Shown: positions 17,398 to 27,985 of the stretch, piece by piece
Layout: each line of letters starts with the position of its first letter
Numbering within the stretch: position 1 is the first letter of the stretch
Origin: an uncultured Acidobacteriota bacterium
GTDB lineage: Bacteria; Acidobacteriota; UBA6911
Direction of reading: 5' to 3'
DNA: 64,000 bases
NCBI GenBank assembly: GCA_963843575.1
Contig: CAWJKZ010000013.1
Location: forward strand, 736,001-800,000
Translations under genes and position numbers: made by a program
Notes under the pieces: generated by a model
Told to the model about the DNA's origin: nothing
The model's database searches: none
Seen by the model: the letters and a program-made list of their open reading frames with translations, nothing else

Positions 17398-20300
17398 ATG
17401 CGACGTCGATGGTACGTGGTTTTGTTGTTTGCGCTGCTCATGCTGGAATCGCGACAGGGCTCCGCGCAGGGTGGCGGTCAGATCAGCGGCACCGTAACGG
17501 ACAGCAGCGGCGGTGTCATTCCCGGGGCCGTGGTCGAGGCGACCAACGAGCGCACCGGCTCAACCCGCTCGACCGTGTCCGATGAACGGGGGTTCTTCAT
17601 GCTCCCGGCGCTGCAGGCTTCCGCGTACACGGTGAGGGCGACGGCGCAGGCGTTAAGCCCGGGTGAGTTGGGGAGCCTGAACCTGGCCGCGGGCGAGTCG
17701 CTCTCGGTAAAGCTGGTGCTCAAGCCGGCCGGGATTTCAGACAGCGTCGTCGTCGTCGCCATGCAGGAACGGTCCACCGATACGAGCTCGGCGCGCATCG
17801 GAGCCACGGTGAACGAGCGCGAAGTCTCCGGCCTGCCCCTGAACGGGCGCCAGCTGTCGCAGCTCTACCTGCAGGCCCCAGGGTCCGTAAACACGGGCTC
17901 GGGGACGTTCTTCGACATCCGCTTCAGCGGCCGATCGAATGAGCAGAACGCGATCCGATTCGACGGCGTCGAGGGATCGTCGATCATCGACGCCAGCCCC
18001 GGAAACCTCAACGGCGAGATTTCGTCCCCCTTCCGGCTGCAGACCAGCCTGGAGAGCGTCCAGGAGTTCCGCGTGGAATCCAACAGCTACCCGGCCGAAT
18101 ACGGGACGGGAACCGGCGGACAAATCAGCGTCAACACCAAGTCCGGGTCCAACCAACTGCACGGCTCGGCCTTCGAGTACGTGCGGAACGACGTACTGGA
18201 CGCCCGCAACTTCTTCGACCGCGCCTCGAAGTCGCCGCTGCGCCTCAACCAGTTCGGCATGTCCGTCGGCGGGCCGATCGTCAAGGAGAGGTTCTTCTTT
18301 TTCGGCAGTTACGAAGGCTACCGGCTCCGGTCGGGGATCAACCTCGTCGAAGCCGTGCCGAGCGAGGCGGCGCGGGAGCGGGCGGTCCCGGCCATCAAAC
18401 CTCTGATCGACGCGTTCCGCGGCCCCGGGTCATTCATCCTCCCGGGGGCCTCGACGAATCCGAACTTCGACATCGCCCAGCTTCAGTCTGGCGTGATCGT
18501 GAACGAGAACTCCGGCGCGGCCCGCTTCGACTTCAAGCTCAATCAGAGCAACACCCTGTACGCCCGTTACTTCCGCGACCAGGGGACCGCGAGCCAGCCG
18601 GAAGGGGTCACCGGCCGCCGGACGAACTACCGCTCGGTGCCTCAGAACGGGGTGCTCTCGCTGCAGAGCCTGTTGACGCAGCGCCTGATCAACGAGTTCA
18701 AGTTCGGGTATCAACGGGGCGCTGACGCGAGTCCAGGGATCGGCCCCCACCGTCAACGGCATCGACCTTTCCAACCTCGCGTTCAACCTCTCCGGGAGTG
18801 TCGCCAACACCGGCATCGCAGGACAGGGGGCCTCCTCGGGCATCGCTGTCCCGGGCGGACTGATCCGCGGCAGCAGCGCCTTCAACGGCCGCGGGTTTCC
18901 CTACACGCCGTATTCGCTCTCCTTCATCGACAGCCTCAGCATGGTACGGGGCAATCACAACGCGAAATTCGGCGTGGAGATCCGTGCCATCCGGATGTAC
19001 ACGGACCGGCTGGGGGGGATCACCTACTCGTTCTCCAACCTCGACGAGTTCCTGGCCAACCGTGCCCTCCAGATACAGTACGTCGGCGACCTGAGCGACC
19101 CGAGCCCCTTCAACGGCGGCGCCACGGGCGTGCGGCATGCGAAACAGGAATACTACATCGGCTGGGCGCAGGACGAGTGGAGGCTGCGGCCCAGCCGTCA
19201 CCCTCAACTACGGGCTGCGCTACGAGTACTACACCCCGCTGCGCGAGGCCAGGAATCTGGCCGCCGTTTTCGACGTCACCCGTGGCACGATGCTCTCCCC
19301 GGACAGAGGCTATGCGAGGTATCTCAAGACGAATTTCGGCCCGCGCGTAGGCCTGGCGTGGTCGCCAAATCCGTCCGGGAAAGGGTGGTTCGGCGGCGGC
19401 AAGACGGTCCTGCGCGGTGGGTTCGGACTGTACTACGGACCCGGCCAGACCGAGGACCAGATCCAGCCGATCGAGAGCGACCGGATCCAGCTGACCATGA
19501 CGGGCGGCTCCTATCCCGTGGACGCCGCGGCGCTCAGGGCGAACTTCCTCAACAACCCGGACAATCGCCAGTATCAGCCTCGAGCGTACTCGCCGGATTA
19601 CAGGATTCCCGAACGCATCTACCAGTACAGCGTCTCCATCCAGCAGGAGCTGCCCTACCAGACGAACCTGACGGCAGCCTACGTAGGGAGCCAGGGGCGC
19701 AACCTGTTCTTGCGCTCCTGGGCCAACAGGATCATCGATGTGATCACGAACGCGGACCCGACCAGGCCCGCCACGGTCGTGCGCGAGTTCGACCTGGTCC
19801 AGCCGAACGGCACGGTGCTCAAGCCGTTCGCCGAGATCGATTACAAGACCAGCGGTGGGCACGACAGCTACAACGCCCTCCAGCTGGCGCTTGGACGCCG
19901 TTTCAGCTCGGGGCTGACGCTCAATTCCCAGTACACCTTCGGCAAGAGCTACGGCAACACGTCGGGTTCCAACGACGCTCTCACCGCGGGCAACCCGTTC
20001 GATTTCGACTACGACACGGGCTACAACAACTTCGACGTCAGGCACTCGTTCAACCTCAGCGCCGTGTACTCGCTGCCGTTCGGGGCCAATGCAGGGCCCT
20101 GGGGCAAGACGCTGCTGTCGGGCTGGGATGTCGGGACCATCGTCAACGCGCGCAGCGGGCTCCCGGTAGACGTCCGGGTCCAACGCAACGACGTCGTGTA
20201 CGTCGACGCGGCCGGATTAGTCTTCAATACGCCGGCGGCGGGTCGCAGCGCGATCATCAACACCCCCGGAGGCGGAGCCTCGCGCAATGTGCGGCGTCCA

Positions 20301-20711
20301 GATCTTGTCCCCGGTGTTAATCCCTACCTCGGGTCCGACCGGCAGTTCCTGAACCCGGCCGCCTTCGCAATACCGCAACCCGGGAGCTTCGGCAACCTCA
20401 TGCGGGGATCCCTGCACGGGCCGGATTTCCGCCAGTTCGACCTGGTCGTGAACAAAAAGTTCCGCGTCTCGGAAGGGTCGAGCGTGGTGTTCCGTGCCGA
20501 GATCTTCAACCTGTTCAACCTGACGAATTTCGTGAATCCGACCGCCACGCTCCCCAATGCGCTCGGCACCGGCACGAACCAAGTCCAACCCGGACAGCCC
20601 CTGACACCTGCGGCGGCAGGGAGTTTCGGCAGCATGAACTCGACCGTGGAGCGGACGGTGGGCCTGGGGACCAACCGCCAGATCCAGCTCGCCCTGCGGT
20701 TCAGCTTCTAG
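17398..20711 (+). CDS. TonB-dependent outer-membrane transporter with N-terminal carboxypeptidase-regulatory-like domain; extra bases near 18711 and 19195
   Basis: GGAGG RBS, signal peptide, ISGTVTDSSG, LPLNGR, SVQEFRV, GHNxKFG-like GNHNAKFG, QDEWR...LNYGLRYEY, terminal IQLALRFSF. Three ORF pieces join to about 1100 aa. Confidence 0.88.
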
Positions 20712-20722
20712 TTCTAGTGCAA

Positions 20723-20827
20723 GTGGGTCCGGGCTTCAGCCCGGACGTTTTTGAAGCCGCTGCATATCGTGACAGATGCACTTCACAGCTACCGCAAAAG
20801 ACCGTCCGGGCTGAAGCCCGGACCCAC
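20723..20827. repeat. REPIN-like doublet (family A): two inverted 24-nt REPs
   Basis: GTGG-GTCCGGGC-TTCA-GCCCGGAC at 20723-20746 and its exact reverse complement at 20804-20827, 57-nt spacer. Confidence 0.85.
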
Positions 20828-20850
20828 TGGTCTTTACTCTTTGCTCTGCG

Positions 20851-22626
20851 TCAGATTCCGGGGAGGAACACCGTGAAGGTGGAGCCGCGGCCGACCTCGC
20901 TTTCGACTTCGATCCTGCCGTCGTGAGCCTCGACGAGGTGCTTCGTGATCGAGAGTCCCAGGCCCGTGCCGCCGACCTCGCGGGAGCGGGCGGCATCGAC
21001 TCGGTAGAAGCGCTCGAAGATGCGTTCCTGGCTCGCCTTGGGGATCCCGATGCCGGTATCGGCGACCGAGAGCGCGATGTCCGAGCCCCGCGCCTCGGCC
21101 CGGACGACGATGCGTCCTCCGGCCGGCGTGTACCGGACCGCGTTGTCGAGGAGGTTCTGCAGGATCTCGTGCAGCGCATTGAGGTCGCCGCGGATTGCGG
21201 GCAGGTTCGCGCCGCACTCCGTCTGGATGGCCAGGTTCTTCGCGGCCGCGTGTACCCGCACCGTTTCGACACAGGGCCCTATGAAGTCACACAGGTTCAC
21301 CGGACGCATCTCGAGGGGCACCTGCCCCGCCTCGATCTGGGAGAGCCTGAGGAGGTCATCGGTGAGCCTGCCCAGCCGCACGGCGTTGCTGCGAATGATC
21401 TCCAGGAAGCGGTCCCGGGTTTCAGTTTCGGCGACTCCTCCGAGCAGGGTCTCCGCAAATCCCTGGATCGCGGTGAGCGGTGTCTTGAACTCGTGGGAGA
21501 TGTTGGCGACGAAATCGCGGCGTGCGCGCTCGAGCCTGCGCCTTTCGGTGATGTCGTGCAGCACCATGACGGCGCCGGTCGCGGGTCCGTCGGCGCGCAC
21601 CGGCGCGGCGGTGACCTCGAAGCTCCGGGCGCGAAGCGTCCCCACGACGAGCTCGCTCTGCACCGTTTCCCCGCCGGCCAGGGCTCTCTGAATTGCCTGC
21701 AGCATATCGGATTGACGGATCACCTCGGCCATCGGCCGGCCGCGCCAGTCCGGGCTCTGGATCCGCAGCGCGCTGCAAAAAGACTCGTTGCAGAACACGA
21801 GACGCTGACTCGAGTCGATGACGGCCACCCCTTCAGCCATGCTGCGGAGGATGGCGGCGGACTGATTGCGCTCGCCGGTCAGGGCCCGGATCGTGAGGTC
21901 GAGGTGGGCGGCCGTCTCGTTGAGCGTGGCGGCCAGGTCGCTCAGTTCGTCCCCCTGCCGGTCCGCAGGGATCGGCCGGAAATCGCCCGCCGCCACCCTG
22001 TGCGAAAACTGCTGCAGCCGTTCGATGCGGGCGGTGAGGGCACGGAAGAAGAGCAGGGAAAAGGCGCCCGCAACCAGCAGGATCAGCAGCGAGGCCGTCC
22101 AAAGACGCCAGCGGAACCCGGCGAGGGCTTCATTGAGCCGGTGTAGGGGAAGGGCAAACCGTATGACCAGGGCGTCGCCTTCGATGGAATTGCGTCGCAG
22201 CGCCACGTACACTAGATCTCTGTTCAGCGTGTCGCTGTGGCGGACGGCGGTGCCTTCTCCCGCGGCCATCGCGGCGCGGATCTCCGGGCGCCCGGCGTGA
22301 TTTGCCATTCCGGAGGGGGCGGATTCGGAATCGGCCAGGACGCGGCCATCGGCGGCGACGACGGTGCAGCGCACGCCGCTCTGCCCCATCCACTTTACCC
22401 ACGCATTCAGGCCGGCCGGATCGCGGGAACTCGGAGGCCGGCCGTCGACCAGGCGCCCGAGCGCCTCGAGCTTCTCGATCCCGTTCTGAACGAAATTGCG
22501 CCGGATGGCCTGGACCGTATACACGTCCACCGCGACGAGGACGAGCACGAGCAGGGCGAAATAGACGAGCCCCAGCCGCCGGAAGAGCCTCGATCTCAGG
22601 TGCGTCAGCGCCGCGTTCCCCGACAT
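20851..22626 (-). CDS. phoR: Sensor histidine kinase PhoR (TM-Cache-TM-HAMP-PAS-HisKA-HATPase)
   Basis: NHAGRPEI, RRDFVANISHEFKTPLT, NLLDNAVRY, FERFYRVDAARSREVGGTGLGL. Confidence 0.88.
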   Translation of the reverse strand: MSGNAALTHLRSRLFRRLGLVYFALLVLVLVAVDVYTVQAIRRNFVQNGIEKLEALGRLVDGRPPSSRDPAGLNAWVKWMGQSGVRCTVVAADGRVLADSESAPSGMANHAGRPEIRAAMAAGEGTAVRHSDTLNRDLVYVALRRNSIEGDALVIRFALPLHRLNEALAGFRWRLWTASLLILLVAGAFSLLFFRALTARIERLQQFSHRVAAGDFRPIPADRQGDELSDLAATLNETAAHLDLTIRALTGERNQSAAILRSMAEGVAVIDSSQRLVFCNESFCSALRIQSPDWRGRPMAEVIRQSDMLQAIQRALAGGETVQSELVVGTLRARSFEVTAAPVRADGPATGAVMVLHDITERRRLERARRDFVANISHEFKTPLTAIQGFAETLLGGVAETETRDRFLEIIRSNAVRLGRLTDDLLRLSQIEAGQVPLEMRPVNLCDFIGPCVETVRVHAAAKNLAIQTECGANLPAIRGDLNALHEILQNLLDNAVRYTPAGGRIVVRAEARGSDIALSVADTGIGIPKASQERIFERFYRVDAARSREVGGTGLGLSITKHLVEAHDGRIEVESEVGRGSTFTVFLPGI

Positions 22627-23153
22627 ATGCCCGACTCCGGTTCAGTGCACGGAGTGTTTGCCGCCGCCGGGCGGGATCCGCCGGGACCGTCGTCGACCTG
22701 CTCCGACCGCGGATCTATATCCCAGTGCTGGGGCTGGTCGGCGGGGGTGCGATAAATGTCGACGCAGGCGCGGCTGTTGCCGTACCAACTGTGGACGATG
22801 TCCTCTACCCGGTAGCGCAGCTGGTCGCCGTACGTCTTCGGGACTCCCAGGGCGGCATACTCTTCAATGCGCGTCTCGAGATTCAGTTCGCCCGAGACCA
22901 GCACCGTTACCGCCAGCACCTCCGGGTCGGTCTCGTGGACGATGACGCGCCCGCACGGGTCACAGCTCGCAGGCAGGAAGATCTCGTACGTCTCGTGCCC
23001 CTTGCCGCGCGAGATCCGCTGAAGTCTGAACAGGTTTTCGTACTGGTGCTCCAGCTGGTGCAACCGTTCGCTGTGCTCATCGCAGTATTCGCCCGGACTT
23101 GCGTCGTCAGGGTTGCAGATCACGCACGAAGGGACTTCTCTTTTGCGAGCCAT
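22605..23153 (-). CDS. Hypothetical protein with N-terminal CxxC-x10-CxxH motif
   Basis: AGGAG RBS; CVICNPDDASPGEYCDEH; overlaps the phoR start. Confidence 0.65.
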   Translation of the reverse strand: MARKREVPSCVICNPDDASPGEYCDEHSERLHQLEHQYENLFRLQRISRGKGHETYEIFLPASCDPCGRVIVHETDPEVLAVTVLVSGELNLETRIEEYAALGVPKTYGDQLRYRVEDIVHSWYGNSRACVDIYRTPADQPQHWDIDPRSEQVDDGPGGSRPAAANTPCTEPESGICRGTRR

Positions 23154-23377
23154 GGCATTGCTCCTGAACCGCTAATTCTTTCACGACCGGCACACGATGT
23201 CCACCTTGCTCGAAACCGGCCACGCGGGCGGAGACGGATCATGCTTCGAGGCTGGTCGAGCCCTTTGAGTTCGCCGTCGGCCCGATGGCTCACCTCGAGA
23301 TTCGAAACAGTCGAAGAATCGCCAAGCCGGGGAGGACTACATGTACAATTCCCGGACGCACAAAGGGGGAACGGGGG

Positions 23378-24400
23378 ATGCGGCTGGGTTTGAACCTCGG
23401 TTATTGGGCGGCGGGCCCTGTCGACCACACCCTGCTGGCGCAGGAGGCCGACCGGCTTGGCTACCATTCGATCTGGACGGCGGAAGCGTGGGGTTCCGAC
23501 GCGGTCACGCCCCTGACGTGGCTGGCGGCCCGCACGGAGCGCGTCCGCGTCGGGACGGCGGTGATGCAGATGGCGGCGAGGACGCCGGCGGCGACGGCCA
23601 TGACTGTTGCGACCCTCGATCTGCTCACGGGCGGACGGGTGCTGCTCGGACTCGGAGTCTCCGGTCCGCAGGTGGTGGAGGGCTGGCACGGCGTCTCGTT
23701 CGGGAAGCCGCTCGGCCGTTCCCGCGAGTATGTCTCGATCGTGCGCGACATCCTCCGACGCAGGAAGAGACTGGAGCACCACGGCGAGCACTACGACATC
23801 CCGCTGCGCGGCGGCACCGGCCTGGGGGTACCGCTGAAGCTCATGATCAGCCCGCTGCGCCCCGATGTTCCGGTCTACCTTGCCGCAAACGGCCCGAAAA
23901 ACGTGGCCCTTGCGGCCGAGATCGCAGACGGGTGGCTCCCGATATTCTTCTCTCCGCACCGCGTGAGCGTGTTTCGCCCCAGCCTCGAACAGGGTTTCGC
24001 CCGGGCACCCGGCAAAGACCGTACGATCTTCGACGTCGCGCCGACGATCCAGGTGCGCCTCGGCCCGGACACGCGCGCTTGCCGCGACGCCGTCAAGCCC
24101 GACCTGGCTTTCTACATCGGGCTGATGGGTGGGAAGGGGAAGAACTTCTACTATGATCTCGCCTGTCGCTACGGCTACGAGGCGGCCGCTGACCGGATAC
24201 GGGATCTCTATCTGGATGGGAGGAAGGCCGAGGCCATTGCCGCCGTTCCGGATGCGCTGGTCGACGAGGTCGCGCTGTGCGGCCCGAAGGAACGCGTCGC
24301 GGAAGCCCTGGGAGCCTGGCGCAGCGCCGGTGTGACCACGATGCTGTGCTCCACGTCGAGCCTCGAAACGGTGCGGACGATGGCGGAGCTTGTGCTTTAA
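23378..24400 (+). CDS. LLM-class (luciferase-like) oxidoreductase, probably F420-dependent
   Basis: [50 protein letters not shown]. Confidence 0.88.
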   Translation: MRLGLNLGYWAAGPVDHTLLAQEADRLGYHSIWTAEAWGSDAVTPLTWLAARTERVRVGTAVMQMAARTPAATAMTVATLDLLTGGRVLLGLGVSGPQVVEGWHGVSFGKPLGRSREYVSIVRDILRRRKRLEHHGEHYDIPLRGGTGLGVPLKLMISPLRPDVPVYLAANGPKNVALAAEIADGWLPIFFSPHRVSVFRPSLEQGFARAPGKDRTIFDVAPTIQVRLGPDTRACRDAVKPDLAFYIGLMGGKGKNFYYDLACRYGYEAAADRIRDLYLDGRKAEAIAAVPDALVDEVALCGPKERVAEALGAWRSAGVTTMLCSTSSLETVRTMAELVL

Positions 24401-24438
24401 TACAGGGATAGCCGCTGCCCGGTAGTACGGAGGGCCGG

Positions 24439-24460
24439 AGTCCGGTCACACGACCGGACT
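24439..24460. terminator. Hairpin after the LLM gene
   Basis: AGTCCGGTC-ACAC-GACCGGACT; no U-tract. Confidence 0.35.
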
Positions 24461-24520
24461 GCGCGGGCGGGGGTTTGCCAGGTTTCAACCGACGTCGTAC
24501 TTGGGTTATTGTTTGACGCG

Positions 24521-25426
24521 ATGCACATACCGGACGGGTTTCTCTCAAACAGGGTCGCGCTGTCGTTGGATGCCCTTTCGGGTGTGACGGTGTTTTACGC
24601 CACCCGGCGCGTTACGATCGAAGGTTCCGGGCGCATGGTCCCGATCATGGGGGTCATGGCGGCGTTCGTGCTGGCCGCGCAGATGCTGAACTTCCCCGTC
24701 CTCGGCGGCACTTCTGGACACCTGGTGGGTGGCGCGTTGCTCTCGGTTTTGCTCGGGCCCATGGCCGGGTTCCTGACCATGGCGACCGTGATCATGGCGC
24801 AGGCGCTATTCATGCAGGACGGGGGCATCCTGGCGCTGGGTGCGAATCTGTTCAATATCGGAGCGATCACCTCCTTCTCGGGCTTCGCCCTGTTCCGCAT
24901 GGTGGCCGGCAACAGCGCCGGCCCGCGGCGCACCGGCATAGCCGCTTTCGTCGCGGGTTGGGGTTCGCTCATGCTGTCGGCGGTGAGTTGTGCGCTGCAA
25001 CTCTCGATCTCCGGGGTGATTCCGCTCAAGACCGGGCTGGGCGCTATGGCGGGGTACCACGCCATCATCGGGATCGCGGAAGGCGGCCTCACGGCAGCCG
25101 TGCTCACGTTCCTGCTCAGGGTCAGGCCGGACCTGGCCAGGAGAGAGGGCGAGCTGCGCTTCCGGGGAACGGACTGGATCGGGGCGCTCGTGCTGGTCGC
25201 CGTGCCCATGGCCTTCCTGCTGCTTGCCGGGAGTTCGAGCCTGCCCGATCCCCTCCAGGGCCTGCTGGAAAACCCGGCGGTCGCGTCCGGAGGGGGCGGA
25301 GTCGGGGAACTCAGCTCTGCGGCACGGTATCGCGATTATGCCGAGCAGGCGGGGGTCTTCATTGTCCTGATCGCCGTTGCGTTCCTGACCAGCCGCATCG
25401 CGCGCCGCAGAAAGGACGCGTCGTGA
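24521..25426 (+). CDS. cbiM: ECF Ni/Co transporter S component with fused C-terminal NikN-like extension
   Basis: N-terminal metal motif MHIPDGF; NFPVLGGTSGHLVG, DGGILALGAN, IGIAEG; SSLPDPL resembles PDGLE. Confidence 0.85.
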   Translation: MHIPDGFLSNRVALSLDALSGVTVFYATRRVTIEGSGRMVPIMGVMAAFVLAAQMLNFPVLGGTSGHLVGGALLSVLLGPMAGFLTMATVIMAQALFMQDGGILALGANLFNIGAITSFSGFALFRMVAGNSAGPRRTGIAAFVAGWGSLMLSAVSCALQLSISGVIPLKTGLGAMAGYHAIIGIAEGGLTAAVLTFLLRVRPDLARREGELRFRGTDWIGALVLVAVPMAFLLLAGSSSLPDPLQGLLENPAVASGGGGVGELSSAARYRDYAEQAGVFIVLIAVAFLTSRIARRRKDAS

Positions 25427-26143
25427 AGCACAACTTCGTCGACCGCTACGCGTCTCTGGACTCTCCACTGCACGCTGCTGGACGCGCGCACCAAGCTGAT
25501 AGGTTTCACCGCCCTGATCGTCGCTGCCCTTTGGATTCCCGCGGGCAGGATGTTCGCGTTTTTCGGTTTCTTCTTTCTTACCGCGATCCTGATGGGGATT
25601 TCCCAGGTGCCGCTCACGTACGTGGTCGCCCGTACCCTGATCTTGCTCCCTTTCGTGCTGCTGGCGGGGCTGGCCAGGCCCTGGACACACGGGCTCGACG
25701 TGACCCTGTTCGGCGCGCTGCTGCTGCGCTCGACCCTGTGCCTGATGATCCTCATCCTTCTGACCAATACGACGCGATTCGCCGAACTGCTGCGCGGCCT
25801 GCGCAAACTCGGCTGCCCGCGCATCCTGGTCCTCAACCTCGGCTTCCTCTACCGGTACGTGTTCGTGCTGACCGACGAGGTGCTGCGCATGCGGCAGGCG
25901 CGCGACTGCCGGCGCGTCGGCCGGTTGGGTCTCAGGGCCGAACTGAAAACGCTCGGAGGCATGCTGGGGACTCTGCTGATCCGTTCCTTCGAGCGGGCCG
26001 AGAGAATGTATCAGGCCATGCTCTCGCGCGGCTATTCCGGCGAAATCCCGACGATGCCGACGCGCCGGTTTTCCTGGCGCGACCTCGCGTTCCTTTCAGG
26101 CCTGGCGTTGTTCATCGCCGTTACATTCCGGTGGGGTACATAG
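25423..26143 (+). CDS. cbiQ: ECF transporter T component; one extra base near 25474
   Basis: GTG overlapping the cbiM stop; SPLH..DARTKL after correction; YRYVFVL.DE..RM..AR, RSFERAERMYQAMLSRGY. Confidence 0.88.
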
Positions 26144-26149
26144 GCCACC

Positions 26150-26902
26150 ATGGCTGACACGATCGATTACGCGGTGCGGATAACGCGGCTCAACTACGCT
26201 TACCCGGACGGCACGAGGGCGCTCGAAGGTGTGGACATGGATGTCCGGCCCGGCGAGCGCGTCGGGATCGTCGGCCCGAGCGGCGCCGGCAAGTCTACCC
26301 TGCTGCTGCACCTGAACGGCGTGCTCACGGGCACCGGGATCGTACGAATCATGGGCCAACCGGTCGACGGCGGGGACCTGCGGCGGATACGCAGGCAGGT
26401 CGGCCTCCTGTTTCAGGACCCGAGCGATCAGCTGTTCTGCCCAACGGTGTTCGAGGACATCGCGTTCGGGCCGCTGAACCTGGCGATGCCTCCCGACGAG
26501 GTTGCGCCCCGGGTCGAAAGGGCGCTGCGCGATGTCGGCCTCGACCAGTCCATCCGGTACCGCTCCTCGCACCACCTGAGCCTCGGCGAACGCAAGCGCG
26601 TGGCCCTGGCCGCCGTGCTGGTCATGGAGCCGGCTGTCCTGGCGCTTGACGAACCGAGCAGCAACCTCGACCCGCGCAACCGCCGTCACCTGATCGAACT
26701 GGTGTCGTCGTTGCCGGCCAGCCTGCTGGTGGCCACCCACGATCTCGAGCTCGTGCTGGCCGTGTGCCCGCGGGCCGTCCTGATGGACAGGGGGCGTATA
26801 TGGGCCGACGGCGAGACGCGCGCGATCCTGGGGGACGCCGAATTAATGGAACAGCACGGGCTGGAAGTCCCGCTCAGCCTCACCTGTCAGCACCGGACGT
26901 GA
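26150..26902 (+). CDS. cbiO: ECF transporter ATPase
   Basis: GPSGAGKST, FQDPSDQLF, LSLGERKR, LDEP, ATHD. Confidence 0.9.
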   Translation: MADTIDYAVRITRLNYAYPDGTRALEGVDMDVRPGERVGIVGPSGAGKSTLLLHLNGVLTGTGIVRIMGQPVDGGDLRRIRRQVGLLFQDPSDQLFCPTVFEDIAFGPLNLAMPPDEVAPRVERALRDVGLDQSIRYRSSHHLSLGERKRVALAAVLVMEPAVLALDEPSSNLDPRNRRHLIELVSSLPASLLVATHDLELVLAVCPRAVLMDRGRIWADGETRAILGDAELMEQHGLEVPLSLTCQHRT

Positions 26903-26903
26903 G

Positions 26904-27953
26904 ATGCGGTACGACACGGAATTGAGCAGCAGAAGCCGCCTCGCAGACCCGAGAAATCCTGACGAGCCCCGCATTCCCGGCACCGCGAGGGTGAGACGGA
27001 CAATTTTAGGGAGCCTCTTCTGCCTGTCGCTGTGGCTCTCGGGGGGCGCCCCGGAGGCACGCCCCCAGGCGACGGTCCATCCCGATCTGGAGGTGTACGC
27101 CCGCACTCCCAGCGTGGTGGACTGGTCTCTCGACGACCTCGTCAAGTTCTACCCGGACGAGATGGCCGCGATCGAGTTCGACCCGGCCCAGGAGCAGCTC
27201 GCCCCCCTCCTGTCGCGAGTTTCGGACAACGTGGGGGCGTTTTTCCGCGATTTCCCGAATACTGCCTGCAAAGAGAGCGTGCTGCAGGAGCGCATCCGAC
27301 CCGACGGCCGTGTTGAAGCGCGCGCGCAACAGGAGTTCCAGTACCTGGTTTTTGTCAAATCACCGGATCTGGCGGCCGAGTGGGAGGAGGATCGGACCGA
27401 TGCCAAGGGCCGACCGGTGCGGCGCGCCGCGCCCGGCGGTCTCTCGCTGCTGACGTCCGGGTATGCGATGGCAGGCGCCTACTTCCACCCTGCCCACCGT
27501 TACGGTTCGCGTTTCCGTTACCTGGGGCGGGAACGCGCCAACCCTCATGCTCATGTGATCGCGTTCGCACAAAGGCCGGAGATGCAGGACCTTCTTGGGA
27601 GCTTCGGAGTCCACGGCAGGGCCGGGGGCACCGGCGTCAACATGAAGTCGGTCATTACGATGGTCCAGGGTCTGGCCTGGGTGAGCGCGGAAGCCGGTCA
27701 GATCGTGCGGATGCGCACGGATCTGCTCGCCCCCAGGCCCGACGTGTCGCTGACCCGGCAGACCACCGACATCTCATTTTCCGCGGTCGAGTTTCCCAAC
27801 ATCGCGCAGCGTTTCTGGCTGCCGGAGGAGGTGGTCGTCACCATGGACTGGAACGGCAAGACCTACCGTAACCGGCACCGCTATGCGGACTACAGGGTGT
27901 TCACGGTTCAGAGCTATCAACAGGTGGACCGTCCCGCGCCCGTCAAACACTAG
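26904..27953 (+). CDS. Exported hypothetical protein (start may be GTG 26991)
   Basis: Signal-like segment RRTILGSLFCLSLWLSG; beta-rich C-terminus (QGLAWV...FWLPEEVVV...NRHRYADYRVF). Confidence 0.65.
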   Translation: MRYDTELSSRSRLADPRNPDEPRIPGTARVRRTILGSLFCLSLWLSGGAPEARPQATVHPDLEVYARTPSVVDWSLDDLVKFYPDEMAAIEFDPAQEQLAPLLSRVSDNVGAFFRDFPNTACKESVLQERIRPDGRVEARAQQEFQYLVFVKSPDLAAEWEEDRTDAKGRPVRRAAPGGLSLLTSGYAMAGAYFHPAHRYGSRFRYLGRERANPHAHVIAFAQRPEMQDLLGSFGVHGRAGGTGVNMKSVITMVQGLAWVSAEAGQIVRMRTDLLAPRPDVSLTRQTTDISFSAVEFPNIAQRFWLPEEVVVTMDWNGKTYRNRHRYADYRVFTVQSYQQVDRPAPVKH

Positions 27954-27985
27954 GTGAGTGCCGCGAGGGCACGGGAGTTGAGCCG

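Noticed and set aside
17398-20711. Programmed frameshifting or phase variation in the TonB receptor and other broken genes
   Set aside because: No slippery heptamers or long repeat tracts at most breaks; similar breaks are scattered through unrelated genes, which favours sequencing error.
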